DNA of 64,000 nt, from positions 6,094,399 to 6,158,398 of the forward strand of contig MU053934.1 of the NCBI GenBank assembly GCA_013239625.1. Direction: 5' to 3'. Positions 21,991 to 34,169 of this stretch are shown here, piece after piece; positions within the stretch are counted from its first letter, which is position 1, and each line of letters begins with the position of its first letter. The stretch is from Lama guanicoe. Its lineage: Eukaryota. A program made the position numbers and the translations under genes. The notes under the pieces were generated by a model, which saw only the letters and a program-made list of their open reading frames with translations, was not told the origin of the DNA and made no database searches.

Positions 21991-24900
21991 AGGGACAGGG
22001 TGACAGGCCCTGGGCCAGTGTGGCAGGAGTGCCATGTTACCACCAGGTGGTGCTGCAGACCCGTCCCTGGACAGTGACCTCCGGCCCAGCCTCCAGATTT
22101 GTCCTCTCAGCAAAGCCTCTGGTGGCCTTCGTGCCAGGCAGTGCTATGGGGCACCAGCTGCCTCAGCCCCACCCTGCCTGCCCTTCAGCAGCTACTGGTG
22201 GATGTGGTCTAGGGGTATCCAAGGAGCCTGGAATGAAGGAAGGGCTGGCCGCCTCCCTGGGCCTTCTAGGCTCTTTCTGGGGAGGGAGTGATGTGTAAGC
22301 CTGAGAGGGTGGGGTGGGAGGAATGGGGGCTCAGCCAGAGCAAGGTGTCAGGGATGAGTTCTGGGAAGGCCTTGGACTTGGAGTTTGTCCATGGAGCTTG
22401 GGTTTGCATCCCACCCCCTCCTGTCCTCTGTATGCCTTTGACAAGCAGGAAAGAGGATGCCAGCCCTTGCCCAGACTCCCAGGGCAGCTGTGAAGATAGT
22501 CAAAGCTGCCATTTTCAAATGGGTTTTTCAGGAAAGCCTCATTTTCAGCCAGTCTTATCAAGAAGGCTAACACATGAAACTGATAAAAAGAGGTATTTCA
22601 TCAGCATAAATTTCTAAGCTCAAGGTGCTGACAGGTCCTTAGTCTAAAGTCACTTGAGAGGGTGGGTGTGTCACAACTGGGATGGACACACACCCAGCCC
22701 GTGGTGCCTCTTGGAGCTCCCCCAGCACCCAGTCTATTTCTGCAGCTTATTTGAGCTACATGGCATCAAAAGAGCCTTGAGGTCCACAGGCAAAAAGCTG
22801 TTTTAAAAAAAATGAATTCAAATCAAGCTTTGGTGACAGCTCCAAGGCCCAGGCAGGGGTTCCAGGTGTCTACAGAGTCTGTCTGATGACCCCCAGCCGT
22901 GGCTGTGGGAACCTGGCAAGTCCCTTGCCCTCTAGGCTTCAGAAGGCACAGGAGGCTGGGGTCCACCATCAGGGGCCCATTATTTACCTTGGCAGGTCTG
23001 GATTTAGAGATCAGAGTGAGACATGGCCTGGCTTCCCAAGGGCCCTCCGATGCCTGGTGGATGTGGGTCAGGCAACAGAGTGTGTGCGGAGAGAACCTTC
23101 AAGGAGGGGCATGGGGGCTCAGCTGGGCTGCAGGAGACAGGGTGGGCAGGGTGAGGTGGGGTGAGGTGGGGAGGGGGCAAGGCGCTAAGCCCTGAGAGTT
23201 TAAAAATAAACCCTAAGTGCTGTCAGCTACAGCCAGCATCCTGGGGACATCCCCAGGGCACAGGGTGTCCCTGGCAGGGGCTGGAGGTGGCAGAAGGGAC
23301 ACGGCAGGAGGGAGGGGGTCCTCATCTGCCCTTTCTGCACCTGGGAGCTATTTGTGTTTGGGGAGAACCAGCCTGGGTCTTCCCGTCCCGGGCCAGGGCC
23401 AGAGGGGCTCAGGGGTCCCTCCTCCCCCATACTTGGAAGCATTTCATTTTGCATCAGAGAAAACTGAGACCCAGGGAGATTGTGACTTGCCTGAGGTCCC
23501 TACTCTGAGAAATCTGATAGCTCCACACCTGGAAGCCAGCAGTGCTGGCTCTCAAGTAGTGATTCTTGAAGCCTGGTGGGCATGAGGTAGGGGACCAACT
23601 AGGGGAGAAGGCTCGCTTGGATGAGGGTAGCGGGGAGCACCAAAAGAGCAAAAGCCCAGGACTGTGTTCGACATTGTTCATAACAAACAAGCTCCTCCTG
23701 CCCATTGGTCTCCTCTGCTCCTCACTCTGATCCTGAGGAGGGACTTACAGGGATTAATGCTGCCCCCATCTTATAGATGAGGAAACTGAGAACCAGGGAG
23801 ACAAGGTCACCTGCTCCAGGCCTCAAAGCACATCATCACACCCAGCTGGGATGAGGCCGGTCTCCCCTGGCGGTCCCCAGCTTGAGCTGCTGGAGCCAGG
23901 GTGGGAATAAGGGGATGGGGGAAGAGGGGCTTCCATGGGGATATGGGGAAAGGTGGGAGGGAGGCCCTGCCACCTCTGTTTTTGGGGTGCCCCCTCCCAT
24001 CCCTCCTTCTCCTCATCCCTCCTCCATGGGCTCCAAGCTCCCATGCACTCAGGACCAAGTTTGGCTTCCTCACCTAGCCAGGGCTCTCCCTGCACATCCA
24101 GCCTCCTGTCTCACCATGCTCCTGACACACTCAGCCTCACCGAACTACTCATAGATTCCTACAGAGATTGCTATTTCAGGTGTCTGAGCCGTAGAACAAG
24201 ATGTTCCCGCTGCCTGGAATGCCCCCTTCCATATCTTCCTGGGGATCTCCTATTCATCCTTCACAATCCAGCTCTGAGCCATCATTACTCCGTCAGATCA
24301 CAGTTATGACTGTGATTATAACTGCTATATGTTTGCTGCCCACCTCTCTTCCCGCACTGGCAACTCTTTTAGGGTAGCAACTGTACTGTATTATGCTCTC
24401 CAAGCCCAGTGCCTAACTAGTGCCTGGTAAATTGAGCCTTGTAAGGTTGGGCCAAGGCCCACTTTACAAGAGAATGGTGGGATATACTGTATCCCTTAGT
24501 TGGCATTGAAGGGCTTTATTAGTGGGGGGGGTGTTGCTCAGAGGCCACAATTCATTTTCTGGCCAAGTCCCCCAGTCTACCCTCCCCCCAGGCCCTCAAT
24601 TGCTCTGCCCTAACCTCCATCCTCTATACTGTCTTTCCATCCTGCTCCCCTGAATCAAAGCAGCAGCAGTCCCAACTTGCCACCTTCCCGCTGTCTTTCT
24701 TTCTCTCCCTAAAGCAACCACAGGACAGACAGCTCCCAAACCTTAGAAAGCCCAGGATTCCCCATGGAGCCTGTTTCAAATGCAGAATCCCAGGCTTCAT
24801 TCCCGGAGGCCCACCCAGAGGAACCTGGTGCAGAACCCTGGAATCAGCATTGTCAAGCAGCCTCCCAGTGGGTCCTGTTTTAGGAACTTCCTGGGGTGCA

Positions 24901-25049
24901 GCATGGAAGCCCAAGATGATGACATGACGAGGGGCAGGGAGGGAGAGCCAGTGCCCTCAAAGTGAGACTGGGGTTTGGAGATGACCCCAGGCGGTAGCTG
25001 CCTGAATCCTTTCCTCCTTGCCTAAGGATGCAGCGAGCTGAGCCTAGGC

Positions 25050-25930
25050 ACTGGGTTTCCTCTGTCTAACCGCCCAGGGAGACCCCAGCGGCGAGCGGCA
25101 TTTGCTGCTCAGGAGTGCGCGCTGGCCTCAGCGCCCGGGCCTGCAGCCGCCTCCCCTCTGTGCTAGGGAGACAGACGCGGATATAAATAACAGCGAGGCC
25201 GGGCCGGATGAAGTAAGTGCGAGCAGAGAAGCAGGAACCGCCACCGGGGATCGGGGGAGGCAGAGGCACTCCAGCGGGTACGGGGCGGCGCGGGGCTGAC
25301 GCGAGCCCGTTGCTCCCTCGGGTCCCGGGTGACCTTGAGGGGGGTGTTCGGGCCTCGAGGCACGGCGGCGGCACTGCTGAGCTCCCAGCCAGGCCCGAGC
25401 AGAAGGTGTGAAAAGGCCTGGCAAGGGGCGGGAGAAGCTGCGGGGCGCCAAGGTCGGGCACTGGGGAGCCAGCAAGGGACTCTGAGCAGGAGGCTCCCCT
25501 GCACTGAGCGGCCTCGGCCCTTCCGCACGCCCGGCCCTGGCCTCGGCGAGTTCGCCACGCCCGCTCTGGGCCTCGGGCTCCCCAGGTGTCCGCCGGCAGG
25601 TTCCACTAGCACTTGCGGGCCCGGCGGGAGCGGAGGGGGCCTCCCTGGTGTCAGAAGGACGGAACAGCTCGGCTGTTCCTGGGAGGCGGTGCCTCCAGCG
25701 GCTCCCCCCGCCCACGTCCCCGCGCCCGGCGCTGACGCCCGCCCCGCCCTGCGCCGCGCCTCCCGTTACGTAACCCCCCGCCCCCTCGCGTTCCGCTGGG
25801 GTGGGGGCTGGGAGAGAGGAGGCCTGGGTACCACCCGTCGGCTCGGCCTCGCCTGGGCCAGTACCGTCTCCTCTGCTTATCGCTCGAGGGGAAACTGAGG
25901 CCGCTGTCCAACGCGGCACAGCGAGGTGGG
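25050..25930. promoter_or_regulatory. Intergenic (orphan) CpG island between TEF and TOB2, with a perfect PAR-bZIP/D-box palindrome
   Basis: Very CpG-rich with no credible coding exon. GTTACGTAAC at 25765-25774, GC boxes at about 25700-25790, TATAAAT at 25182-25188. Confidence 0.8.
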
Positions 25931-26984
25931 GTGACTGCCCTCGCTAGGATCCTTGGTCCCCCAGGGGAGCCATACTGCAGTGAGAGTCCCAGCTCCGCCT
26001 TGGGCCGTGGCTTCCTCTGAACAAAGGTTCCCTCCCTGGCCCTGATGTTGGGAGCTCTGGATGTCCCATGCTGGGGAGTCTTCAGCGGCTGTTCCTTTCA
26101 TCCCATTGTGTGTGGGGCACCAGTATCTTGAGTTCTAGTCAGGCAGTGAAGCCCGTGGTGGTGATTTGTTCCTCTGTCTACCTTCTGGGAGACCTTGGTC
26201 ACCACACAGCCTCTCTGAGCCTCATTGTCTCCACTGATAAAGTGGAGCTGCTCCTCCTACTTTTATAGGGAACATCCCTACATGTCAGCACCTGCCGAGT
26301 ACTTTGCAAAGTAAATCCTTATCCTCTACTCACCCTTCCCAGGACCTAGCACAGTGCGGGGCTTGAGCCTGGCCCTGGGCTGGTAGGTGGTGCCCCACTG
26401 GGCCACTCAGCAACCAGTGGACCTTGGCCTTTGCCCAAGAAGCACGTGGTCCAGGTCTGGCCTGTGGCCTGGCAGGCAGCTGCAGGTGGGGCTGGTCCTG
26501 CAGGGGCTGCTGGTGCAGCACAGCAGGCCCTGCCTGGCTGCCCTCACACGAGACCCCCTGGGAGCACCTGAGGGTCCCCTGCAGTGCCACCCATAGTCCC
26601 ACTCACTGAGGTAACCTAGCCAACACCTGTTTTGAGCACCTCCTAAGAGCAGGCTTTGGGATGAGGAAGGTATCTGCCCAGACCTCTGTGCTGCTCAGAC
26701 ATAATGGGAGCCTCAGTCTCCTCATCTGCAAAACAGGGATAATGACACCTCCCTCCCTTCCCTCTTGCTTGGCCTCTGCTAGGAGGTGATGAAATGCTTC
26801 TATCCCTGCTCCCCTTTATCGGGCCTGGAGTGTGAGCCCAGGACTTTACATTTTACCTTCAAACAGCAATTTGAGGTGAGAATTGGTGTCCTTTTACAGT
26901 TGAGGAATCCAAGAGGAGGAGTAACTCCTCCAGGTAAGGTTATCAACTGTCCTGGTTTGTCCAGGGGCAAACACACTCTTTCTT

Positions 26985-27143
26985 TCTTTTCTTTTTTTTC
27001 TTTGATAGGGAGGTGGAAGTAAAATTAGGTTTATTTATTTATATTTATTTATTTATTTATTTTTGATGTAGGTACTAGGGATTGAACCCAGGACCTTGTG
27101 CATGCTAAGCACACACTCTACCACTGAGCTATACCCTGCCCCC
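26985..27143 (-). mobile_element. tRNA-derived SINE (Vic-1-like) inserted in a small hAT-Blackjack (MER94-like) element
   Basis: Reverse of ggggcagggtatagctcagtggtagagtgtgtgcttagcatgcacaaggtcctgggttcaatccc. Flanks aactgtcctggtttgtccagg and gggagtcacccta. Confidence 0.8.
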
Positions 27144-28974
27144 ACAAATACACTTTAAATAGGAAAACTGGGAGTCACCCTACCTCCAGGCCACATACCT
27201 TACAAGTGACAGTGTCCAAGTCCAAAGTCTGGCAGTCTGGCTCTGGAGGCCATGTGCAGCAACACCAGACTGTATTTCCCTCCATCGGTATTTGCTGAAT
27301 GGCTGAATGCATCTCTCCCCACACCTGCCCCCAGTCCTTGCTGAGCACCTTGGCTCTTATATCAGGATCTAGTCTGTTCTCCACCAGGAGAGTCTTAGAG
27401 GAAATAAGTATAAGTGAGGTCTGCGGGCTTCACTGCTGAGTTCCTAGGACCCCCTCGGCTCCTCCCTGTTTCAGGGCTGCCTGAGGGAACCCCTCAGGCC
27501 TTTTTTGTCCACAGGGGAGGCTGGGTTCCCACTGGCTGGGAGCTACTGCCTCCTGATATGAGCTGTATCACTTTGTTTTAGAGCTCAGTTTCCTCACTTA
27601 TAAAATCAGGGTGATAAAACCTGCCTTTCAGTTGCTGCTGGGGATTCAGGGCAATGTAGGTAAAGTTCCTGGCACCCAAGAGGCCCTCAGTATGTAAGCT
27701 TTGTTATTGTTGCTTATTAATGTAATTATAGCAAACTTTTCCGTCAAGGGCTTCCTCTGTGAGGGTTTTCCAATGTTTTCCAAGCATTCAAGCCCAAAGT
27801 AGATGCCATTTTTCAGGCGGAGTTCTGTGTTTCAGGGAAGCTATGACCTACCTGCCTAAGGCCACAGCAATGAAGGGCAGGACCAGCGTTTGCAGGGTTC
27901 TGTACTCTCGTAGCACTTAGCCCAGGTGATGGCAGCTGCTGGTGAAACAAGGAAAGTAAGGCACAGGGGTAGGGAGGATTGCTGAGGTCCCTGAAATGCC
28001 AGGCCCCCTGCCTGCCTCCCGGACAAGCTGGTACTCTCCTTGCCCAAGGTGGCAGGACAGGTTGTAAGAACCAGCCCTTTGCTCAGGCCAAGCTGCTCCT
28101 CCCAAGTCGGCCGGCTGCCCAAACCCTCTACCAGCCACTGTTCCCTGTCCGCCTGCCAAGCTGTGGAGCAGTCCAGGACATTGTGTCCAGAGAGAGGGCC
28201 AAGTGGGCCCCTCGCCCGTGGCTGATGACCTCCTACCCCGCCTTTCTGGGCCTCAGGCCAGCCTGGCCTGTCCCTGGCCCTGGCATAAGCAGGAGGCCAG
28301 AGCTGCCCTTCCAAAGGCCAGGACAGCACCTCAGCTCCTCTTGGCTCACTGCGACCCTTGCTTAAGAGGGGTGCTCACTGCTCCATACCAGGCCCTTTTC
28401 CCAAAAAACCCCAAGTCCCAACAGACAGGCTCCCTGGGGTGCCTTTCAGAGGAAGCCAGCTGGTTTCTTGAGAAGCCTGTTTTCCTGCCCTTGGCATTTT
28501 TGCTGTCCTCAAATCCAGCCAGGCCAAGGCGAGAGGACCCCGTGGGCAGAGAACTGACTGTATGTGGCCCTGTGCCCACGTGAGCTGGACACAACCTCAT
28601 CTCCCCACTGTACGGCTAAGAAAGTGAGCGCCAGAGAGAGGCCAGGATTTGTGCAAAGCCGCACAGCGGCTGAGAGTCACCACTTGGAGCAGGAAGGGGG
28701 CTGTCTCAGGGGGCGGGGACGCTTGGAGACCAGAGGGACCTCTGTGGTCTTAGTTGAACTGCCACCTACTCAGAGGTGCGGTTCCCCACTCCTACCCACC
28801 GTGTTCTTACCATGTTGCCCTGTTTTGTTTCCCTGACAGTATTTTTCTGCGTGGCTTTTCTCTTCTGTTTCCGAGGTTTACTGTTTTTCTTACCCACTAG
28901 AACCTGAGCCTGGTGAGGGCAGGGACATCTTGTCCAACAGCCTTAGTGAGGAATAACAGATACACAATAAGCTG

Positions 28975-30310
28975 CACTTAAGGTTTATAATTTGATAAGT
29001 TTTGACATATTATATACAATGAAACTATCACCACAATCAAGATAATGAATATATCCATCACCCCCCAAAATTTCCTTGTTCCCCTTTTTAATCCCTCCCT
29101 CCTGTCCCTTTCCCTCCCCGTCTCCAGTCCCCAAGCAACCACTAGTCTGCTTTCTGTTGCTACATGATTAGTTTGCACTTTCTAGAATTTTCTATAAATG
29201 GATTCAAACAGTATGTATTCTTTTTTTGTTCTGGATTTCATTTAGCATTAATACTTTGAAACTCATTCATATTGTTGCCTGTATCAGTAGTTCATTTTTA
29301 TTGCTGCATAGTATTCCATAGTGTGGATGTACTGGAGTTTGTTCAACCATTCACCTCTTGAAGAACATTTGTGTTGTTTACAGTTTGGGGCTAACAAATT
29401 AAGCTGCTATGAACATTTGTGTACAAGTCTTTGTATAGATATTTGTGTCATTTTCTTATGAGTGAACAGGAATGAAATGGCTGGATCATTGTAGATATAT
29501 GTTTAACTTTTTTTGGGGGGGTAATTAGGTTTATTTATTTTTTTATTTATTTAAAGGGCGGTACTGGGGATTGAACCCAGGACCTCGTGCTTGCTAAGCA
29601 GGTGCTCTACCACTGAGCTATACCCTCCCCCACAATGTTTAACTTTTAAAGCTTCTAAATTATTTTCCAAAGTGGTGGTACCATTTTACATTCCCACCAG
29701 CAGTGTATGAAATTTACTAATTCCTCCACATCTTTGGTAACGCTTGGTATGGTCAGTCTTTTTCTTTTAGCTTTTTAATAAGTGTATTCATTGTGGCTTT
29801 AATTTGCATTTTCCTAATGACTTGTGGTGGTAAGTGTGTTTTCATGTGCTTATTTGCCATTCATATATCTTCTTTGAGAAGTGTCTATTGAAGTCTTGCC
29901 CAGTTTTGTATTGGGTTGTTTTTTTTCAGAATTGAGTGTTTTTGAAGTGAGATATACCTAATGTATAACATTATATTAGTTTCAGGTGTTTGACATAATG
30001 ATTTGATATTTATATATATCAAATATATTTTATACTGTGAAATGGTATAGTTGAGTTTTGAAAGTTCTTCATAGATCCTATATATAAGCTCTTTTACCAG
30101 ATACATAATTTGAAAATATTTTCTCCCAGTCTGGAACATCTTAACAGTGTCTAGGGAAAGTTTTTTTATTTTGATAAAGTCCAATTTATCAGTCTTTTAT
30201 GGATCATTCTTTCAAAGTCATCTCTAAGAAATCTTCGCATAACTTAAGATCACAAAGAATTTCCCCCCTGTTTTCTTGTTAGACGTGTTGTAGTTTTAGT
30301 TCTACATGTC
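28975..30310 (-). mobile_element. L1 (L1M-type) ORF2 C-terminus/3' UTR fragment with nested insertions
   Basis: ORF 29885-30184 MDFIKIKK...IYRIYEELSKLN is an L1 ORF2 remnant. Typical antisense L1 text. Confidence 0.85.
29511..29631 (-). mobile_element. tRNA-derived SINE (Vic-1-like) inserted in L1
   Basis: Reverse of ggggagggtatagctcagtggtagag...gggttcaatccccagtacc. TSD atgtttaactttt on both sides. Confidence 0.88.
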
Positions 30311-30384
30311 TGCCGTCTGGATGTCTCTGCGGCTTCTTGAAAGGGTCATTGATGCTTGCTGTGCCCATGGCTTCACCCCCTTAT

Positions 30385-30426
30385 TCCTCCGTTCCTGAGT
30401 CTTGCTCCTCCGTTCCTGAGTCTTGT
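30385..30426. repeat. 21-bp tandem duplication (2 copies)
   Basis: tcctccgttcctgagtcttgc / tcctccgttcctgagtcttgt. Confidence 0.9.
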
Positions 30427-33400
30427 TCGTCCCCCGCCCCTGCCACTTCCTGGAGCCCCTCCATGCTGTGTCCAGGTGTCACTGTACGAGCCCACACCAG
30501 AGTACTTTCATGTGTGCTGGGCCACAGCTCCTCACCCACTGGCTTCTATCCACCCTCGTAAGAGCCTTCCTGGGCAGGGGAGGAGCCTCCTCTTGGCCCT
30601 TATGGCTCCCTGGGCTTCCTTCTGCCATAGATCTGATCTGGGTGCCGAAGTCACAGTGACGTGGGTCTCTCTTCTACCACTAGAAGTACCCTCCGTCCTC
30701 CAGCAGGCCTGTGCCCAGGGCCCAGCTCAGGACCTGGCACAAAGTAGGGACTCTGGGAAGGTTTGTTGATTGAATTTGTGAGTACATTCCTCACTCACTC
30801 TGCTCCTAGCCACAGATGCGGCGCACTGGAGGTGAGAGACTTAATTCTCACATTGAAGATTGAATCCCAGCTCCTCAGCTATGCTAGAGGGCCCATGCTG
30901 TGGCCCTGAGGACTTCTTCCACCTCATCTTGTGCTGCTTGCCCCTTGTTTGCTGCTGGACTTTTCATTCCCTGAGCACACACACCATGCTTTTTCCTACC
31001 TTGCCCTGGAAGTGGCTGACCCCTCTGCTGCTCTCTCTCTGCTAATTCTCTTGTAATGCAGATTGAAAGCTCCCTCTTTGGGACGGTTCCCTTTCCCTTG
31101 ACCTCCCAGTCTAAAGGGACCACTTGGTTGCCAGTTTCAGTTGTCTTAGTGGAACAGCCTCACCATCTGACATATTCCTCACTTACTTGTTTGTGGTTAA
31201 TAGACCATCATCTTCAGGAAGATGCCTGGAACAGTGTCCAGCTCTTATGGGGGCTCCATGTTGAACAGTAAATGTTGAATGTTGAGATGTTTAATGCAGT
31301 AAATCAGGGCAGAGCCAGCCGAATGACCCAGATGTCCAGGTGGCTGGGCCAGGCCTCTTCTCCTGCCTGGATTTACCCAGCCCTGCCACAAGCCAGCGTT
31401 ATTCTGAGCAAGTCCTCATGCCTGCAGGGCTCTCAGCTGCTAGCCACGTGGTCCCACCCAGGGATCAGCCCATCACTCTTTTCTCCCCTCCGTGGGAAAA
31501 GTACCACAGCACAGGGTCCTTTAGGGCCCTCACCAGCGCTTGGGAGCCAGTGGAGCAGGAAGAGGTGCTGGTCTAGGGGCCAGCCCAAATGGCCTAGCTG
31601 GGCCGGGGCCTGGTCTCACTGTCTCTTGTTGTACACATGGGATGGATGTCAGGAGGGGAAAGAGATATTTGACATTACACAGAGTTGGCAGCCGTGAGAA
31701 CCCACTTCTCTTGCTGGCATTGAAATTCCCCAAATTAAAACCCAGCAAATCAGCAGGTTCCTGTTGCCCAGGGGCTTGTAGACTTCCTGGCTGGTCCCAG
31801 CCTGTCCTTAGGCCCTGCCCACTCAGGACTTGGCTGAACTGGCTGGCCAGACCCAGGGAGAGGAGGGAGGACAAGAGTGTGCCCCTCCACCCCATGACTC
31901 ACTCAGGGGGAGGTGGCAGCGAGGAGACCAGACAGTGGCATCCCCTTGGCCTAAGGGTGGACACTGACTCAGGCAGGCAGTGACGAATGGAGCAGGGTTC
32001 TCCTGCCTCCATGACTCACCCCCACCCGCCCAACTGTTCTCTAGGGATAAACTCCCAGGAGGTTTCGGGACACACATCGAGAGTGATGAGTACAGTTTTC
32101 AGGACGCTGTTTTGCTGAGGGACAGGCAGCCTCCCATCTGGGCAGAGGGCAAACTGGGGGCCAGCTTAGTGTCTGCTCTGAGAATGGAGTTTCCTTTTCC
32201 GCCCCAGCCTGGTCCTCCTGCTGGTGGGGTTGGGTTTCGGCCTGTTTGCTGATGCAAGGCAGCATCCTGGACTGGGTTGGCTGGTGGTGTTTGAGGATGG
32301 ATGATAATAGCTCTGATGAGGAAATGATCCTTGTCATTTACTCTGGGTTAGCCACCCTGCTCAGCATTTTCCACTCACTGTTTCACTTAGTTTTCACACA
32401 TAGGTGTCATTTTTATGCCCATTTAAGAGGTAAGAGAACTGAGGTGCCTGAGTAGGCAGAGTGGTTGCTTGAGCTTACCCAGCTAGGGAGCCACAGGGGC
32501 AGGAATGGAATCCATGTCTTCTCAGGGAGCAGAGTATAGACTCTTTGTGTTGGGCACCTTCCTGACACGTTCCCTGGGGAGGGACCTTGGCCTTGCTTTT
32601 TTCCTTCCTGGTTTTTCTCTGCCTCCTGATCCCTGGGCTCCCAGGCTCCCTGTGTACACCTGTCCTGTAACTGCAGTCCCGCCTGTGCTCCCAGGGCAGA
32701 CAGTGGGTGCTCATGGGATGTTTGTGAATAAATGAGCCCTTTTCCCCAAAGAATTGAGTCTACCAGAAAGTTCTTTCTTTCCTTACCTCCAGGTCTACCA
32801 CTGTACTGCTTCAGAGCGTGTTTGGTGAATAAATGGAGGCATGAACGTATGAATGAATCACTTCTGTGCCTGAGTCCTGGAGAATTTGGAGGTTTGTTCA
32901 GATCTGGAGTCTCCATTCTTTCGGCTGGAGGGGCTGCCCAGGAAGGTAATCCCGGCACCTGAGCTGGGCCTCCCCGGGCCTGTCAGCTCTCTGGCATGTG
33001 CACAGGGAGTGGGAACAGGTGGCTATGGGCCCTCTCATAGCAGGACCTGTGCTAGGCATTTTATTTATACTAACAAATAGGGGTGACTATGTGAGGGGCC
33101 CTGGGGCCCACAGATGGGACACCGAGAGAGGCTGGGCTTCTCCTCGACAGGCTCTGCTGGGGGGAAGCAGCTCATGAAGGGGCCAGACATCAAAGGCTCC
33201 TGGGACCTTGTGCAGAGGTGGGATGTTTGGCCTGAAAGCTTCTAGGCCCAGTTTACACACTTGGATGGGGAGGGAATGGGTGTGGACCTGTCTGGGGGAG
33301 TGAGGGACGTGAGGAAATCCCCATCCCGCTGATGCCCCAGCCTGGATGGAGATGGTGCGATCAGTCCTCTTACCCCCACCACCAGTGTCACTCTTCCATA

Positions 33401-34169
33401 GCAATGACCAGTTTTATACATGAAAAAGTCACACATGGGTTAAAATCTAAGTTTCCCCACTTATTGGCTTTATGAATTTAGCAGGTAATCTAACTTGGAA
33501 CCCTTCTCATTGTACCATGGAGATAACACCTGTATCACCAGGTTGCTGTGAGGGTGAAATAAGATTCAACAAATACCTGTCCGCCCCTTCCACCCAGGGA
33601 CCTTGTGGGGCTGATGTGCATCACTGCTGGGGAGGTGGCTGAATTCCTACGGAGATCAGGGCTGGCTCCTCCCCAGCCCGGGCTCAGGCAGGCTATCTCA
33701 CCCCTGAAGCAGATTCAGAATTGCCCAGAGAAGGGCCAAGTCTCAGCACCAGGTTTTTGGAACCTGACCTAGGGGGTGGTCTTCTCATCCTTGCCCACTT
33801 CTAGGAGTCTAGTGGTCTGGGTGGGCAAATGTTAGATGGAGGACAGGCTGGAGGTTGAGCTCTTGCTTGGTCTGCCAGTCCCCAAGGAGGGGTGTCCTGA
33901 CTTCACCACCTGTCAGAAGAGAGCTGGGGCCGTTCCTTGCCTCGTGGAACCTGTTTCCAATGTGGACAAGGACCAGTGGGAGTGGGCGCCCTGAGGTGTC
34001 CTGTGTTGATGGGAGAGGTGGCAAAAAGGGGCCTGTGACACTGTGCCTACCCAGGGGTTGGGTGAGGATGATCAGTCATTTCTTGAAGCCAACAGGGGCT
34101 GGGTCACTCCCACTCTCTCCATACTAAAAGGGACCCCAGAAACAAAACAAGCAGGGAGCATGCAGAAGG

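Noticed and set aside
25182..25218. TATAAAT followed by GTAAGT as a first exon of a new gene
   Set aside because: The donor falls at the predicted TSS position (about 30 nt from TATA), leaving essentially no exon.
25128..25919. 263-aa minus-strand ORF and overlapping ORFs in the orphan CpG island
   Set aside because: Low-complexity Gly/Pro/Arg/Ala content, several frames open at once, no domain. Expected from GC richness.
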